Shown: positions 25,471-34,015 of the stretch, piece by piece | Layout of the letters: every line of letters starts with the position of its first letter | Position numbering within the stretch: position 1 is the stretch's first letter | Origin: Candidatus Gottesmanbacteria bacterium | GTDB lineage: Bacteria; Patescibacteriota; Microgenomatia; 2-02-FULL-39-11 | Reading direction: 5' to 3' | DNA: 64,000 bases | NCBI GenBank assembly: GCA_016195685.1 | Contig: JACPZE010000044.1 | Span: 633-64,632 of the forward strand | Program-made: the position numbers and the translations under genes | Notes under the pieces: model-generated | Databases searched by the model: none | What the model was told of the DNA's origin: nothing | What the model saw: only the letters and a program-made list of their open reading frames with translations

Positions 25471-27279
25471 TTATTTCTCACACACGTAATTTCCCATCAC
25501 TAATATATCTATTCCGGATCTTTCCAAAGTTGAATAAGCGTCGGCAGGGGAGGCGACAATTGGTTCTCCACGCAGATTAAATGAGGTATTTAATACAAGT
25601 GGTACGCCTGTTTTTTTGTAAAAAGATTTTATCAATTGGTAGTAAAGAGGATTTTCCTTTTCATAAACTAGTTGAGGTCGAGCCGTATTATCTGCATGAT
25701 TTATGGCTGGTACTTTCTTTTGCCATTCTTTCTTGACTGGTACCACATACAACATGTAGCGAAGAGGATAGTGATTTTCTAATTTTAATTTACGGGTCCT
25801 GCCGCTTAGGTATCCCAAACTACGATACATCTTCGTTTGGGATCCCTCCTTCGCGTCACCCGTGGTTAAAATAGATGTATTCATAGCTGATAAATCAAAT
25901 ATCTTATCAGCATATTCTGCAAGTACAGAAGGGGCAAAAGGGCGGAAAGCTTCCCGGAATTTCACTTTTCTATTTATAATATCTTTCATTTTCAGGTTTC
26001 GGGCGTCTGCCAGGATACTTCTTGCTCCCAGCGCTCTTGGTCCCCATTCAAATCTTCCTTGCATCCAACCGATGACTCGGCCTTTTGATATTTTATCCGC
26101 GATAAAATCAACGATCTTTTTGTCATTTAATTTTTTAAATTTTGCTTTTTTCTCCTTCAAAAACTTCTCAATTTCCGGATTATCATATTGTTTTCCCAGA
26201 TAAGCGTGGGTCATCATTTTTCGATTGCCTTTATTTAAGACATGATGATATGCATATAAAGCCGCACCCATTGCTCCTCCAGAATCACCCGCTGCCGGTT
26301 GTACAAAAATATTTTTAAAGCCAGATTCTTTTAAGATCCGGTAATTAGCTACAGAGTTTAATGCTACACCACCTGCTAGGCACAGATTATCTGATTTAGT
26401 TTTGTTTCTTACATATTTGGCCATACCCAGAATCAATTCTTCTGTTACCAGCTGTACACTCGAAGCGATATCGGCTGGCCGTTTTTCTACCAGATGAGAT
26501 TGGTTCGGATCGATTGGACTTCCCAAGAGTTTTACCAATTTTTCAGAAAATGATTTTTTATCAGAGTACTGAAAAGAAAAATAGGAAAAGTCCAAAGAGA
26601 AACTGCCATCCGCAAGTTGCCGTACTGTTTTCCAGATTTTATCTGCATAGATAGGTTTGCCGTATGGAGCTAGACCCATGAGTTTCCATTCTCCTTCGTT
26701 TACCTCAAACCCCAAAAATGCAGTAAAAGCAGAATAAAAAAGTCCAAGAGATTGAGGAAAACGTATTTCGGAATTTAATCTGAGCTTGCTTCCCTCGCCA
26801 ACCCCAAATGATGAGGTGGTCCATTCGCCGACACCATCCAAAGTGAGAATCGCTGATTTTTTAAAAAGGGATGGATAAAAACAGCTGGCCGCATGGGATA
26901 AATGATGATCGCAAAAAAGTATTTTGGAAAGATCAACTTTTACATAAGATGAAATTTCCTGTTTTATCCAAAGTTTTTGTGTCAGCCAGACCCGAATACC
27001 CTCCCTAAAACTTGCATATGACAGGGGATAAGTTGATATTGCACTGATAAGCATGCGGTGAAACTTCCTGAAAGGTTTTTCATAAAATACTACATAATCT
27101 AAATCAGACTTGCTGACATGAGCAATCTCCAGGCAAAAATCAATCGCATTTTTGGGAAAAGACGAATCGTGTTTTTTACGGCTGAACCGTTCCTCTTCTG
27201 CTGCAGCTAAAACTTCTCCGTCTTTTAAAAGTACGGCAGCTGCGTCATGATAATAACAGGAAATTCCTAAGATATTCAT
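25471..27279 (-). CDS. Carbamoyltransferase (NodU/CmcH family)
   Basis: MNILGISCYYHDAAAVLLKDGEVLAAAEEERFSRKKHD and C-terminal PAINHADNTARPQLV...VLNTSFNLRGEPIV are family hallmarks. The start is set to the internal Met overlapping the upstream gene's stop. It carries a roughly 30-aa in-frame insertion from the palindromic element. Confidence 0.85.
   Translation of the reverse strand: MNILGISCYYHDAAAVLLKDGEVLAAAEEERFSRKKHDSSFPKNAIDFCLEIAHVSKSDLDYVVFYEKPFRKFHRMLISAISTYPLSYASFREGIRVWLTQKLWIKQEISSYVKVDLSKILFCDHHLSHAASCFYPSLFKKSAILTLDGVGEWTTSSFGVGEGSKLRLNSEIRFPQSLGLFYSAFTAFLGFEVNEGEWKLMGLAPYGKPIYADKIWKTVRQLADGSFSLDFSYFSFQYSDKKSFSEKLVKLLGSPIDPNQSHLVEKRPADIASSVQLVTEELILGMAKYVRNKTKSDNLCLAGGVALNSVANYRILKESGFKNIFVQPAAGDSGGAMGAALYAYHHVLNKGNRKMMTHAYLGKQYDNPEIEKFLKEKKAKFKKLNDKKIVDFIADKISKGRVIGWMQGRFEWGPRALGARSILADARNLKMKDIINRKVKFREAFRPFAPSVLAEYADKIFDLSAMNTSILTTGDAKEGSQTKMYRSLGYLSGRTRKLKLENHYPLRYMLYVVPVKKEWQKKVPAINHADNTARPQLVYEKENPLYYQLIKSFYKKTGVPLVLNTSFNLRGEPIVASPADAYSTLERSGIDILVMGNYVCEK
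25788..25870 (-). repeat. Palindromic RPE-like element, copy B, inserted in-frame inside the carbamoyltransferase
   Basis: tttACGGGTcctgccgcttaggtatcccaaactacgatacatcttcgtttgggatccctccttcgcgtcACCCGTgg. Translated in the gene frame it gives LTTGDAKEGSQTKMYRSLGYLSGRTRKLKLE with no stop. Confidence 0.75.
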
Positions 27280-27509
27280 CAGAATTGTTCTTTTAGTTCT
27301 TCTAAGGTATCGTTGTGTGTATTTTTTAAACTCCAAGTGGATACCGGGAGGGTTTTAAACCCGAGTTTGTCTTTCGTAAAAGTAAAAATAATTCCGAAAG
27401 GCAAAAGAATTGTAAAATAGAAGATAGACAGTATTACTTGCGCTTGGAATACTGCAATGCGGTGGGCGATTTTTTTCCATTTTTGCCAAATAGACTTTAT
27501 TATCTGCAT
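27279..27509 (-). CDS. Small membrane protein, SxtJ-like, in the carbamoyltransferase operon
   Basis: 76-aa ORF with 2 TM helices, immediately upstream of and overlapping the carbamoyltransferase start. Confidence 0.45.
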   Translation of the reverse strand: MQIIKSIWQKWKKIAHRIAVFQAQVILSIFYFTILLPFGIIFTFTKDKLGFKTLPVSTWSLKNTHNDTLEELKEQF

Positions 27510-27512
27510 GAT

Positions 27513-27686
27513 TTAAAAAATAGTGTAGATAAATGGGGCTATAGCAGAGCCTTGGGAGAAAATCATCAGGATTCCCAAAAGAATAAGTATGATGATCATA
27601 GGGATAAGCCACCACAAGCGTTCTTTCCATAAAAATGAGAGTAATTCTCGGATGATAGAGTAGCGCGCCAATAATTTCTTTAGCAT
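27513..27686 (-). CDS. DUF5989-family small membrane protein (57 aa), absent from the ORF track
   Basis: Manual translation gives MLKKLLARYSIIRELLSFLWKERLWWLIPMIIILILLGILMIFSQGSAIAPFIYTIF*. The C-terminal QGSAIAPFIYT motif is characteristic of small proteins found beside carbamoyltransferases. Confidence 0.55.
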   Translation of the reverse strand: MLKKLLARYSIIRELLSFLWKERLWWLIPMIIILILLGILMIFSQGSAIAPFIYTIF

Positions 27687-27729
27687 GATATTTCCATTAT
27701 AGTTTATAATGAAAAGATAAAATTACAAA

Positions 27730-28329
27730 ATGCGAAACACTCAATTAAACATAAAATTAGTTATTTTCACCGTAATAGCAGGTAAATTAAAGATATTTTT
27801 GTCCAACGATAAATTATTAGTTGGGTCATTAATTACTGGGAAATCTCTAAACCAATCTGCAGAGATACTTTTTAAAGAAAAAGTTGGCATATTGTTAAAG
27901 GATATCTATATCGAGCAATTATACACTTTTTCTTCTATAAAACCGCTAGAAATTTCAGTAGTTTATTACTTTCTAGTACCTGAACACAAAATATATTCAA
28001 ATAAATATAATTGGAAAGAATTAGCTACATTTATATTAAATAAAAGTGACAAGAAAATTATCCTATACGCGGTGCAAAGACTAAGGTGGAAGATAGAGTA
28101 TACCAATGTAGTGTACAGTTTGCTTCCGGATGAATTTACTTTTGGTCAATTGCAGTCAATATACGAGGCGATATTGGGTAAAACGCTAGATAAGAGAAAC
28201 TTCCGAAAGAAGATTTTGATCTTGAATATTCTAAAGTCCACCGGACATATCAAAAATTTGGGGAAAGCCCGTCCTGCCGAGATGTTTTCGTTTACTAAAA
28301 AGAAATTATCTTTTGTCCAAATTCTTTAA
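27730..28329 (+). CDS. nrtR: NrtR-like regulator (Nudix-related N-domain plus C-terminal winged helix), candidate regulator of the nad genes
   Basis: Diverged Nudix-like N-domain. C-terminal FTFGQLQSIYEAILGKTLDKRNFRKKIL is NrtR winged-helix-like. It sits adjacent to nadC/nadA/nadB. Confidence 0.5.
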   Translation: MRNTQLNIKLVIFTVIAGKLKIFLSNDKLLVGSLITGKSLNQSAEILFKEKVGILLKDIYIEQLYTFSSIKPLEISVVYYFLVPEHKIYSNKYNWKELATFILNKSDKKIILYAVQRLRWKIEYTNVVYSLLPDEFTFGQLQSIYEAILGKTLDKRNFRKKILILNILKSTGHIKNLGKARPAEMFSFTKKKLSFVQIL

Positions 28330-29260
28330 GAAGTATAAATTCCAGAGATAAGTTGGTGGCTTTTGAGGAATGGGTGAGGGATCCAAGTGAGAGAATATCT
28401 ACTCCAGTTTTGGACCATAACAATATATTATTCTTATCAATTCCTCCGGAGGCTTCAAAAATTATTGCAGATAAATCAAATTCTTTTCTCAGGTTAGTCA
28501 GAGTCTGTTTTGCTATTTGAGGAGTAAAATTGTCAAACATAAGAGCTAGATTATTGGGGCTATTTAATTTATTGAAAGTTGAGATGGTTTTGTAAGCTTG
28601 TTTAGCCTCCGTTACTTCTACTTCAATTAATTCATTCTTATATTTGTCAGTCAAAATCCTCAATGCCTTTTCAATTGATACAAAGATTAAATGATTATCT
28701 TTTACTAAAATTCCGTCCGACAGGTTTAATCTATGAGTGAGTCCTCCTCCCATAGCTACTGCTTTTTTATCTATCTGCATCCAAGGGGTTTTGCGGGTGG
28801 CCGCGATAAAAGGTTGTGAATTATGAGTTTTGAATTGTAGGTTAATAAGAGTAATTAAATTATTAGTTGCTGTGGCTATTCCGGACATCCGCTGGAGAAT
28901 ATTTAAAATAGTTCTTTCGAAAGCTAGGATATCATGTGCTTTCCCACTGATTTCTGCAATTGTATCCTTATTGCTTATCTCAGAGCCGTCTTTGATTTTT
29001 GGGTTAAAGACAAGCTTTGTATACTTTTTAAGTAAATATCCAACTTCCTCAAGACCTGCTATTCTTCCATTTTGTTTTGCAATAATTATTGCTTTAGTAT
29101 CCTTATGGGGAAAGAATTTTGTAGTTTTATCATTTGTAACTTTGTCGCTATCAGTAAGCCACGCAAAAAGTGTAGAGATAGTCCGTTGATAATCTCTATT
29201 TTTGGTCGTTAACTGATTTTCTTTCTGGAAGTATTTGAGAACAAGAGATATTTTATTCAT
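28295..29260 (-). CDS. nadC: Nicotinate-nucleotide pyrophosphorylase (quinolinate phosphoribosyltransferase), with an N-terminal extension
   Basis: TRKTPWMQIDKKAVAMGGGLTHRLNLSDGILVKDNH is the QPRTase signature. Confidence 0.85.
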   Translation of the reverse strand: MNKISLVLKYFQKENQLTTKNRDYQRTISTLFAWLTDSDKVTNDKTTKFFPHKDTKAIIIAKQNGRIAGLEEVGYLLKKYTKLVFNPKIKDGSEISNKDTIAEISGKAHDILAFERTILNILQRMSGIATATNNLITLINLQFKTHNSQPFIAATRKTPWMQIDKKAVAMGGGLTHRLNLSDGILVKDNHLIFVSIEKALRILTDKYKNELIEVEVTEAKQAYKTISTFNKLNSPNNLALMFDNFTPQIAKQTLTNLRKEFDLSAIIFEASGGIDKNNILLWSKTGVDILSLGSLTHSSKATNLSLEFILLKEFGQKIISF

Positions 29261-29434
29261 GGAAGTTTAATAGCTCGCATATAAATTTTTCTAGCTTACA
29301 AAATATCAATATTCCGTTGCTGCGTTGTCATTCTGAACTTGTTTCAGAATCTTGATACTTGTTATTGATTTATTTACTTGGTCTAAGAGTACCGTGTGTG
29401 CGCTTCTAAAAATTCATATTGCTGTGCTATTTCA

Positions 29435-30412
29435 TTAATTCGATAACTTCAGCATCCTTTCAATTGGTATTCTAGCCCTTTCTGCTATTTCTTTGGGAAC
29501 TTTTACTTCATAGACTAGATTCTTCAGAGTATTTAGTAACTTGGGTAGGGTGATCATTTTCATAAATTCACAAACCATATCATCACGAAGGGGTATAAAA
29601 TTTTTCTGCGGGTTATCTTTCTTCATGCGGTATAAAATTCCAGTTTCTGTCGCGACGACATATTCTTTTGCAGGAGATTGTTGTACATGCTTCATCATTC
29701 CGCCGGTTGAAAGGATTTTGGTTTTTGATGTGGGTATATCTCCGCTTGCTACATAGTGCATGCAGGTGGAAACGCAACCGCATTCAGGATGGATAAGAAA
29801 TTCAGCTTGGGGATGTTCATCCATTTTTTGGATAATATCAGCTGGTTTTACCCTAGCATGGACGTGGCATTCACCCGGATAAATAATCATATTTTTGCGG
29901 CCTGTAGTTTTGGCCACATAATCACCCAAAAACATATCAGGTAGGAAAAGAATAGGTTTTTCGGGAGGTAAAGAATTGACTATTTTTACAGCATTAGCCG
30001 ATGTGACGCAGTAATCTGATTCCGCTTTTACTTCTGCTGTGGTATTCACATAAGAAACAACTAAAGCTTCAGGGTACATTTTCTTCCATTTCCGTAATTC
30101 TGTGCCGTCAATACTGGCAGCCAGAGAACAGCCGGCATTTAAATCTGGGATAAGGACAGTTTTATCAGGTGAGAAGATAGAGGCTGATTCTGCCATGAAA
30201 TGGACACCGCAAAAAACAATAAGTGATTTTTTTGTTTCTGCGGCAAGTCTGGATAGTTCCAGGGAATCACCCACAAAATCCGCGACATCTTGGATTTCCG
30301 GGAGCTCGTAATTATGAGCAATTATTAATGCTCCCCTTTTTTCTTTCCAAAGGAGGACGTCTTTCATCAATTTTTGTTTTTCTTCTTCAAGCTCATTGTT
30401 TTGCTTCGTCAT
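29435..30412 (-). CDS. nadA: Quinolinate synthase NadA
   Basis: IIAHNYELPEIQDVADFVGDSLELS, VFCGVHFMAESA and Cys ligands. Confidence 0.9.
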   Translation of the reverse strand: MTKQNNELEEEKQKLMKDVLLWKEKRGALIIAHNYELPEIQDVADFVGDSLELSRLAAETKKSLIVFCGVHFMAESASIFSPDKTVLIPDLNAGCSLAASIDGTELRKWKKMYPEALVVSYVNTTAEVKAESDYCVTSANAVKIVNSLPPEKPILFLPDMFLGDYVAKTTGRKNMIIYPGECHVHARVKPADIIQKMDEHPQAEFLIHPECGCVSTCMHYVASGDIPTSKTKILSTGGMMKHVQQSPAKEYVVATETGILYRMKKDNPQKNFIPLRDDMVCEFMKMITLPKLLNTLKNLVYEVKVPKEIAERARIPIERMLKLSN

Positions 30413-30417
30413 TTTAA

Positions 30418-30432
30418 TTTACGGGTCCTGCC
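30418..30432 (-). repeat. Partial copy D of the palindromic element (tttacgggtcctgcc), abutting the nadA start codon
   Basis: The same 15-mer terminus as copies A-C; the minus strand reads GGCAGGACCCGTAAATTAAAATG. Confidence 0.5.
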
Positions 30433-30597
30433 GTATTCTGTATCAGCATATAAATTTTTCAGACTCTGCAGCTCGTGCTCGGTATAGCCCTAACCGTCTG
30501 TCCATATGCCTTAATATTCTCGCACTCAATTGCAGAGATCTTCAAAATTCATATTTCTTACTGAATTAGTATCGCAATGCCCGTGGTTAAATTTAAA

Positions 30598-30640
30598 ATG
30601 TTTATACTTAATACCTAATACTTGATACTTAATACTATTT
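30598..30640. repeat. Heptamer-type repeats (tacttaa/tacctaa/tacttga) in the nadA-nadB divergent promoter region
   Basis: tttatacttaatacctaatacttgatacttaatactatttt. Confidence 0.55.
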
Positions 30641-30684
30641 TCAGTTATTATACTTACTTAGTGTAAAAAATACAATAATTCATT

Positions 30685-32208
30685 ATGAAAACTGATTTTA
30701 TTGTGATTGGATCAGGTTTAGCTGGACTTACAAGTAGTTTAATTCTTTCTAACTACGGAAAAGTTTTGTTGGTTACCAAAGGAAAACTATCCGATGGGGC
30801 AACTAATTGGGCGCAGGGAGGTGTTGCTTGTGTGGTGGAAAAGAATGATACTTGGCAGAAGCATTATAAAGATACTCTCGTTTCCGGAGCATACCATAAT
30901 GACAGAAAGTCAGTTGAATTTTTGGTGAAGAATGCTCCATCAGCTATTGATTGGCTTGAAAAGATGGGGGTCCCTTTTGAGAAGGAAGAAGGCCATTTTA
31001 AAGTAGGGAGGGAGGGAGGGCACTCCTATAACCGGATTATTCACGCCACAGATTTTACCGGCAAAGAAATAGAATTTACCCTTCTTAAGAAGATAAGGGA
31101 GAATAAAAATATAATTATTTGGGAAGATTCTTTTGCCCAAAAATTATTAGTGGAGAGGAAGAAATGTTTTGGCGTTCAAATAATAAAAAAGGACAAAATT
31201 ATTCTTTGTTATTCAAAGTTTACGATACTAGCCACTGGAGGGTTAGGTCAAATTTATCAGTGGACTACAAATCCGCTAGTTTCTACAGGGGATGGTTATG
31301 CTCTCGCTTATCGGGGAGGAGTAAAATTAAAAGATATGGAATTTATACAATTCCATCCGACTGCTCTAAAACCTGCCTCCTCGGCAGGCAGGTATGGTAA
31401 TTCGCCGCTATTTCTTCTCACTGAAGCATTGCGAGGGGAAGACGCTTATTTAGTAAATTCCAAAGGAGAAAGATTTATGGGAGATTATGATAAGAGAGAA
31501 GAATTAGCTCCTCGAGATATAGTTTCCCGAGCTATTTTTGAAGAGCAACAAAAAGGATACGAGATCTATCTGGATATCAGGCATAAAAGAAAACAATTCT
31601 TAAAGAAAAGATTTCCCAATATTTATGAAGAACTGAAAAAAAGAGGGTTTGATCTAGTAAAACACTTAATCCCAGTCACTCCAGCAGCCCATTTCAGTTG
31701 CGGGGGAGTAGAAACTGATTTGTCCGGCAGGACTAATATAAAAAACCTCTTCGCATTTGGAGAAGTAGCTTGTACTGGTGTGCATGGAGCCAACAGGTTA
31801 GCCTCGAATTCTTTACTTGAAGCAGTAGTTTTTCCGCTCCGTCTGCTGAGGTCAGCGAGACTTTTTTGCGCACCTCCCAGTTCGTCCACTCCTTTGCCTC
31901 CGGCAAACTCGTGGTACTCAGGAAACAGTGGGCGTGCTCAAAAAGCTAGCTTCCCTGCAGACTTTTATCTAAATATAAGAAAAAATCTCCAAAAACTTAT
32001 GTGGGAGAAGGTGGGGATAGTGAGAAGAAAAAGGGATTTAGAATATGCGATAGGTAAGTTAAGCAGTTGGGAAAAAGATCTGGAAGATTTGGATTATCCC
32101 AGTAGAGAATTATTGGAATTAAAAAACATGATATTGGTGGGAAAACTCATTACCCAATCAGCACTCAAAAGAAGAAAAAGTCTAGGGACGCATTTTATTA
32201 CCGTATGA
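30685..32208 (+). CDS. nadB: L-aspartate oxidase NadB
   Basis: DFIVIGSGLAGLTSSL FAD site, RxxHxxGG-like HPTAL and the succinate dehydrogenase/fumarate reductase flavoprotein fold. Confidence 0.9.
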   Translation: MKTDFIVIGSGLAGLTSSLILSNYGKVLLVTKGKLSDGATNWAQGGVACVVEKNDTWQKHYKDTLVSGAYHNDRKSVEFLVKNAPSAIDWLEKMGVPFEKEEGHFKVGREGGHSYNRIIHATDFTGKEIEFTLLKKIRENKNIIIWEDSFAQKLLVERKKCFGVQIIKKDKIILCYSKFTILATGGLGQIYQWTTNPLVSTGDGYALAYRGGVKLKDMEFIQFHPTALKPASSAGRYGNSPLFLLTEALRGEDAYLVNSKGERFMGDYDKREELAPRDIVSRAIFEEQQKGYEIYLDIRHKRKQFLKKRFPNIYEELKKRGFDLVKHLIPVTPAAHFSCGGVETDLSGRTNIKNLFAFGEVACTGVHGANRLASNSLLEAVVFPLRLLRSARLFCAPPSSSTPLPPANSWYSGNSGRAQKASFPADFYLNIRKNLQKLMWEKVGIVRRKRDLEYAIGKLSSWEKDLEDLDYPSRELLELKNMILVGKLITQSALKRRKSLGTHFITV

Positions 32209-32240
32209 GGTAAATGTAGGCTTTGGTTTGAATTAGTAGC

Positions 32241-32606
32241 CTACGGCCGTGAAGATGTTGGTGGTGTATTAGCACATACTGCGTTGGCCTGAAAGTCTTC
32301 CATCGGAGTGTTTTCAACACGGAAATCCATTACATTTCCGCTATATTGTCTTTGACATATATTTCTCCCACCGACTAAATGAAATAGTGTACCTCCTATT
32401 CTGGCATTGCCTAATGGGCAATGAAAACATGGGGACTGCTGGAAATCTTTGGCATCAATATTTCTTCTTAAATTAGTTGGTGCGATTGACCCAACAACAT
32501 CAGGTCCTACTTGTTTAGCTTGCATTTTTACTTCAGTTGGGAAAGGGTCTGCAAATGGGTCAAAAGTTACATGAAATGTTTTTTCAATGGTTTCAGTATC
32601 TGGCAT
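32241..32606 (-). CDS. Hypothetical small Cys-containing protein
   Basis: ORF with CFHCP...C motifs. No family assignment. Confidence 0.45.
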   Translation of the reverse strand: MPDTETIEKTFHVTFDPFADPFPTEVKMQAKQVGPDVVGSIAPTNLRRNIDAKDFQQSPCFHCPLGNARIGGTLFHLVGGRNICQRQYSGNVMDFRVENTPMEDFQANAVCANTPPTSSRP

Positions 32607-32739
32607 ATATTTTTATACCTCTATTCGTCAAGTTAGATAGGGCTATATCTTAGCATAGCATTTATGCCGATGCAAATCATCGTATCCGAAGGTAAGCTTT
32701 CCCGGTATTTTTTGAGTATGATTGTTATGAATTTGCTTT

Positions 32740-32784
32740 TTGACACTTGACATTGCCTCAATTTTAACGTACACTGATGTACGT
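32740..32784 (+). promoter_or_regulatory. Promoter (TTGACA-17nt-TACACT) overlapping an 18-bp palindromic operator ACGTACActgaTGTACGT for the antitoxin gene
   Basis: Tandem TTGACA at 32740 and 32747. The -10 is TACACT at 32770-32775. A perfect inverted repeat spans 32767-32784. The predicted TSS is about 3 nt before the ATG at 32786, so the mRNA is probably leaderless. Confidence 0.5.
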
Positions 32785-32785
32785 T

Positions 32786-33058
32786 ATGACCCAGATAATT
32801 TCCATCACTGATCTTAGAAAGAACCTTTTCAACCTCGCCGAGCGGGTATTTTCCAGTGGAGAAGAGATAGAAGTGGAGAAAGAAGGAAGAAGGATAGTAA
32901 AAATAGTTAGAATTGATGACGACCCAAAAGATAGGGCAAAAAGAGCTCTCGCAGTGATGAAAAAAATCGGTGGGAAATTTAAAAATGTCGATTTCGACAG
33001 AAACTTTTTCAGAGGGAAGAAAGAAAAAGAGTATATGAAGAAATTAGGTCAGTGGTAG
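32786..33058 (+). CDS. Phd/YefM-family type II antitoxin
   Basis: MTQIISITDLRKNLFNLAERVFSSGEEIEVEKEGRRIVKIV is a Phd/YefM fold pattern. The start is moved to the second ATG because of the promoter geometry. Confidence 0.65.
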   Translation: MTQIISITDLRKNLFNLAERVFSSGEEIEVEKEGRRIVKIVRIDDDPKDRAKRALAVMKKIGGKFKNVDFDRNFFRGKKEKEYMKKLGQW

Positions 33059-33068
33059 GTATTAATAT

Positions 33069-33458
33069 ATGGAAAAAGTAGTTGTAGATACAGATATTAT
33101 CATAGATTTCCTCAGAACAAATAAAGGATTGCTCCCACGTCTTCGGCAACTTCAAGAAAAAGGAGTACTAGAGATCTATATATCCAGTGTTACCATTGTG
33201 GAACTTTTTACGGGAGATATGAGAAGGACACAAGAGAAAATGTTGTCTGACTTACTAGTAAATTTTAAAGTTATTCCTTTTGATGAAGAAATTGCTAAAT
33301 TTGCCGGAGAAGCAAAAAGAGGGAAAAGATTGCAAATTCAATTGTCTGATTTCATCATAGGTATTACTTCTATCTATTTTAAAGCAGATCTTGCGACCAG
33401 AAACAAAGATCATTTTCAGGGAATGAAAGGAATAAAATTTTGGAAACTTGCTTTTTGA
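33069..33458 (+). CDS. vapC: PIN-domain toxin VapC
   Basis: VVDTDIIIDFLR has the N-terminal acidic D; a PIN-domain pattern follows. Confidence 0.8.
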   Translation: MEKVVVDTDIIIDFLRTNKGLLPRLRQLQEKGVLEIYISSVTIVELFTGDMRRTQEKMLSDLLVNFKVIPFDEEIAKFAGEAKRGKRLQIQLSDFIIGITSIYFKADLATRNKDHFQGMKGIKFWKLAF

Positions 33459-33579
33459 CATGGTGTGATATATACTACGGCTTAGTTTATAGGTATCCTT
33501 AGTAGTTCCACGGTATCCTCAGGTTAAACCTAGGCATCCTGGAAACGAGAAGGACCAGTCGAAAGGGGGTGAATCCAGG

Positions 33580-33885
33580 ATGCAAACATCACAATTTCAA
33601 GATCAAACATTAGTCTGTAAAGACTGTGGCAAACAATTTACGTGGACAGCAGGGGAGCAAGAGTTTTATGCCCAAAAAGGCTTTAACAACCCTCCATTTA
33701 GATGTCCAGATTGTCGTCAGAAAAGAAAAGCTGACAGAATGTCACAACGTTCTATGACCAAAATCACTTGCAGCAATTGCGGCAAGGAAGATGAGGTACC
33801 TTTTGTTCCCAGAAAAGGAACAGGAGTTTTATGTCGAGACTGTTTTTCTAAACAAAGACAAGACCGCGGTGGCGCAATGGCATAA
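33580..33885 (+). CDS. Zinc-ribbon protein (three CxxC pairs)
   Basis: CKDCGKQFTWTAGEQEFYAQKGFNNPPFRCPDCR...CSNCGKEDEVPFVPRKGTGVLCRDCF. Confidence 0.65.
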   Translation: MQTSQFQDQTLVCKDCGKQFTWTAGEQEFYAQKGFNNPPFRCPDCRQKRKADRMSQRSMTKITCSNCGKEDEVPFVPRKGTGVLCRDCFSKQRQDRGGAMA

Positions 33886-33910
33886 ATTTTGCTTTGAAAA
33901 TAAACGATAA

Positions 33911-33942
33911 ACCCCGTACTCGAAAGAGTCCGGGGTTTATTT
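33911..33942 (+). terminator. Rho-independent terminator
   Basis: ccccgtactc-gaaa-gagtccgggg (10-bp stem with one mismatch, GAAA loop), followed by tttattt. Confidence 0.65.
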
Positions 33943-34015
33943 AAATACAGAGCCTATTGACAATAAAATTACTTCAGAGTAATATTTGCTTCTCTGCCCC
34001 GATGGGGCATTTTTT

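Noticed and set aside
27355-27632. ORFs 27355..27630(-) and 27438..27632(+)
   Set aside because: They overlap, in other frames, the better-supported SxtJ-like and DUF5989-like genes; they are compositional artifacts.
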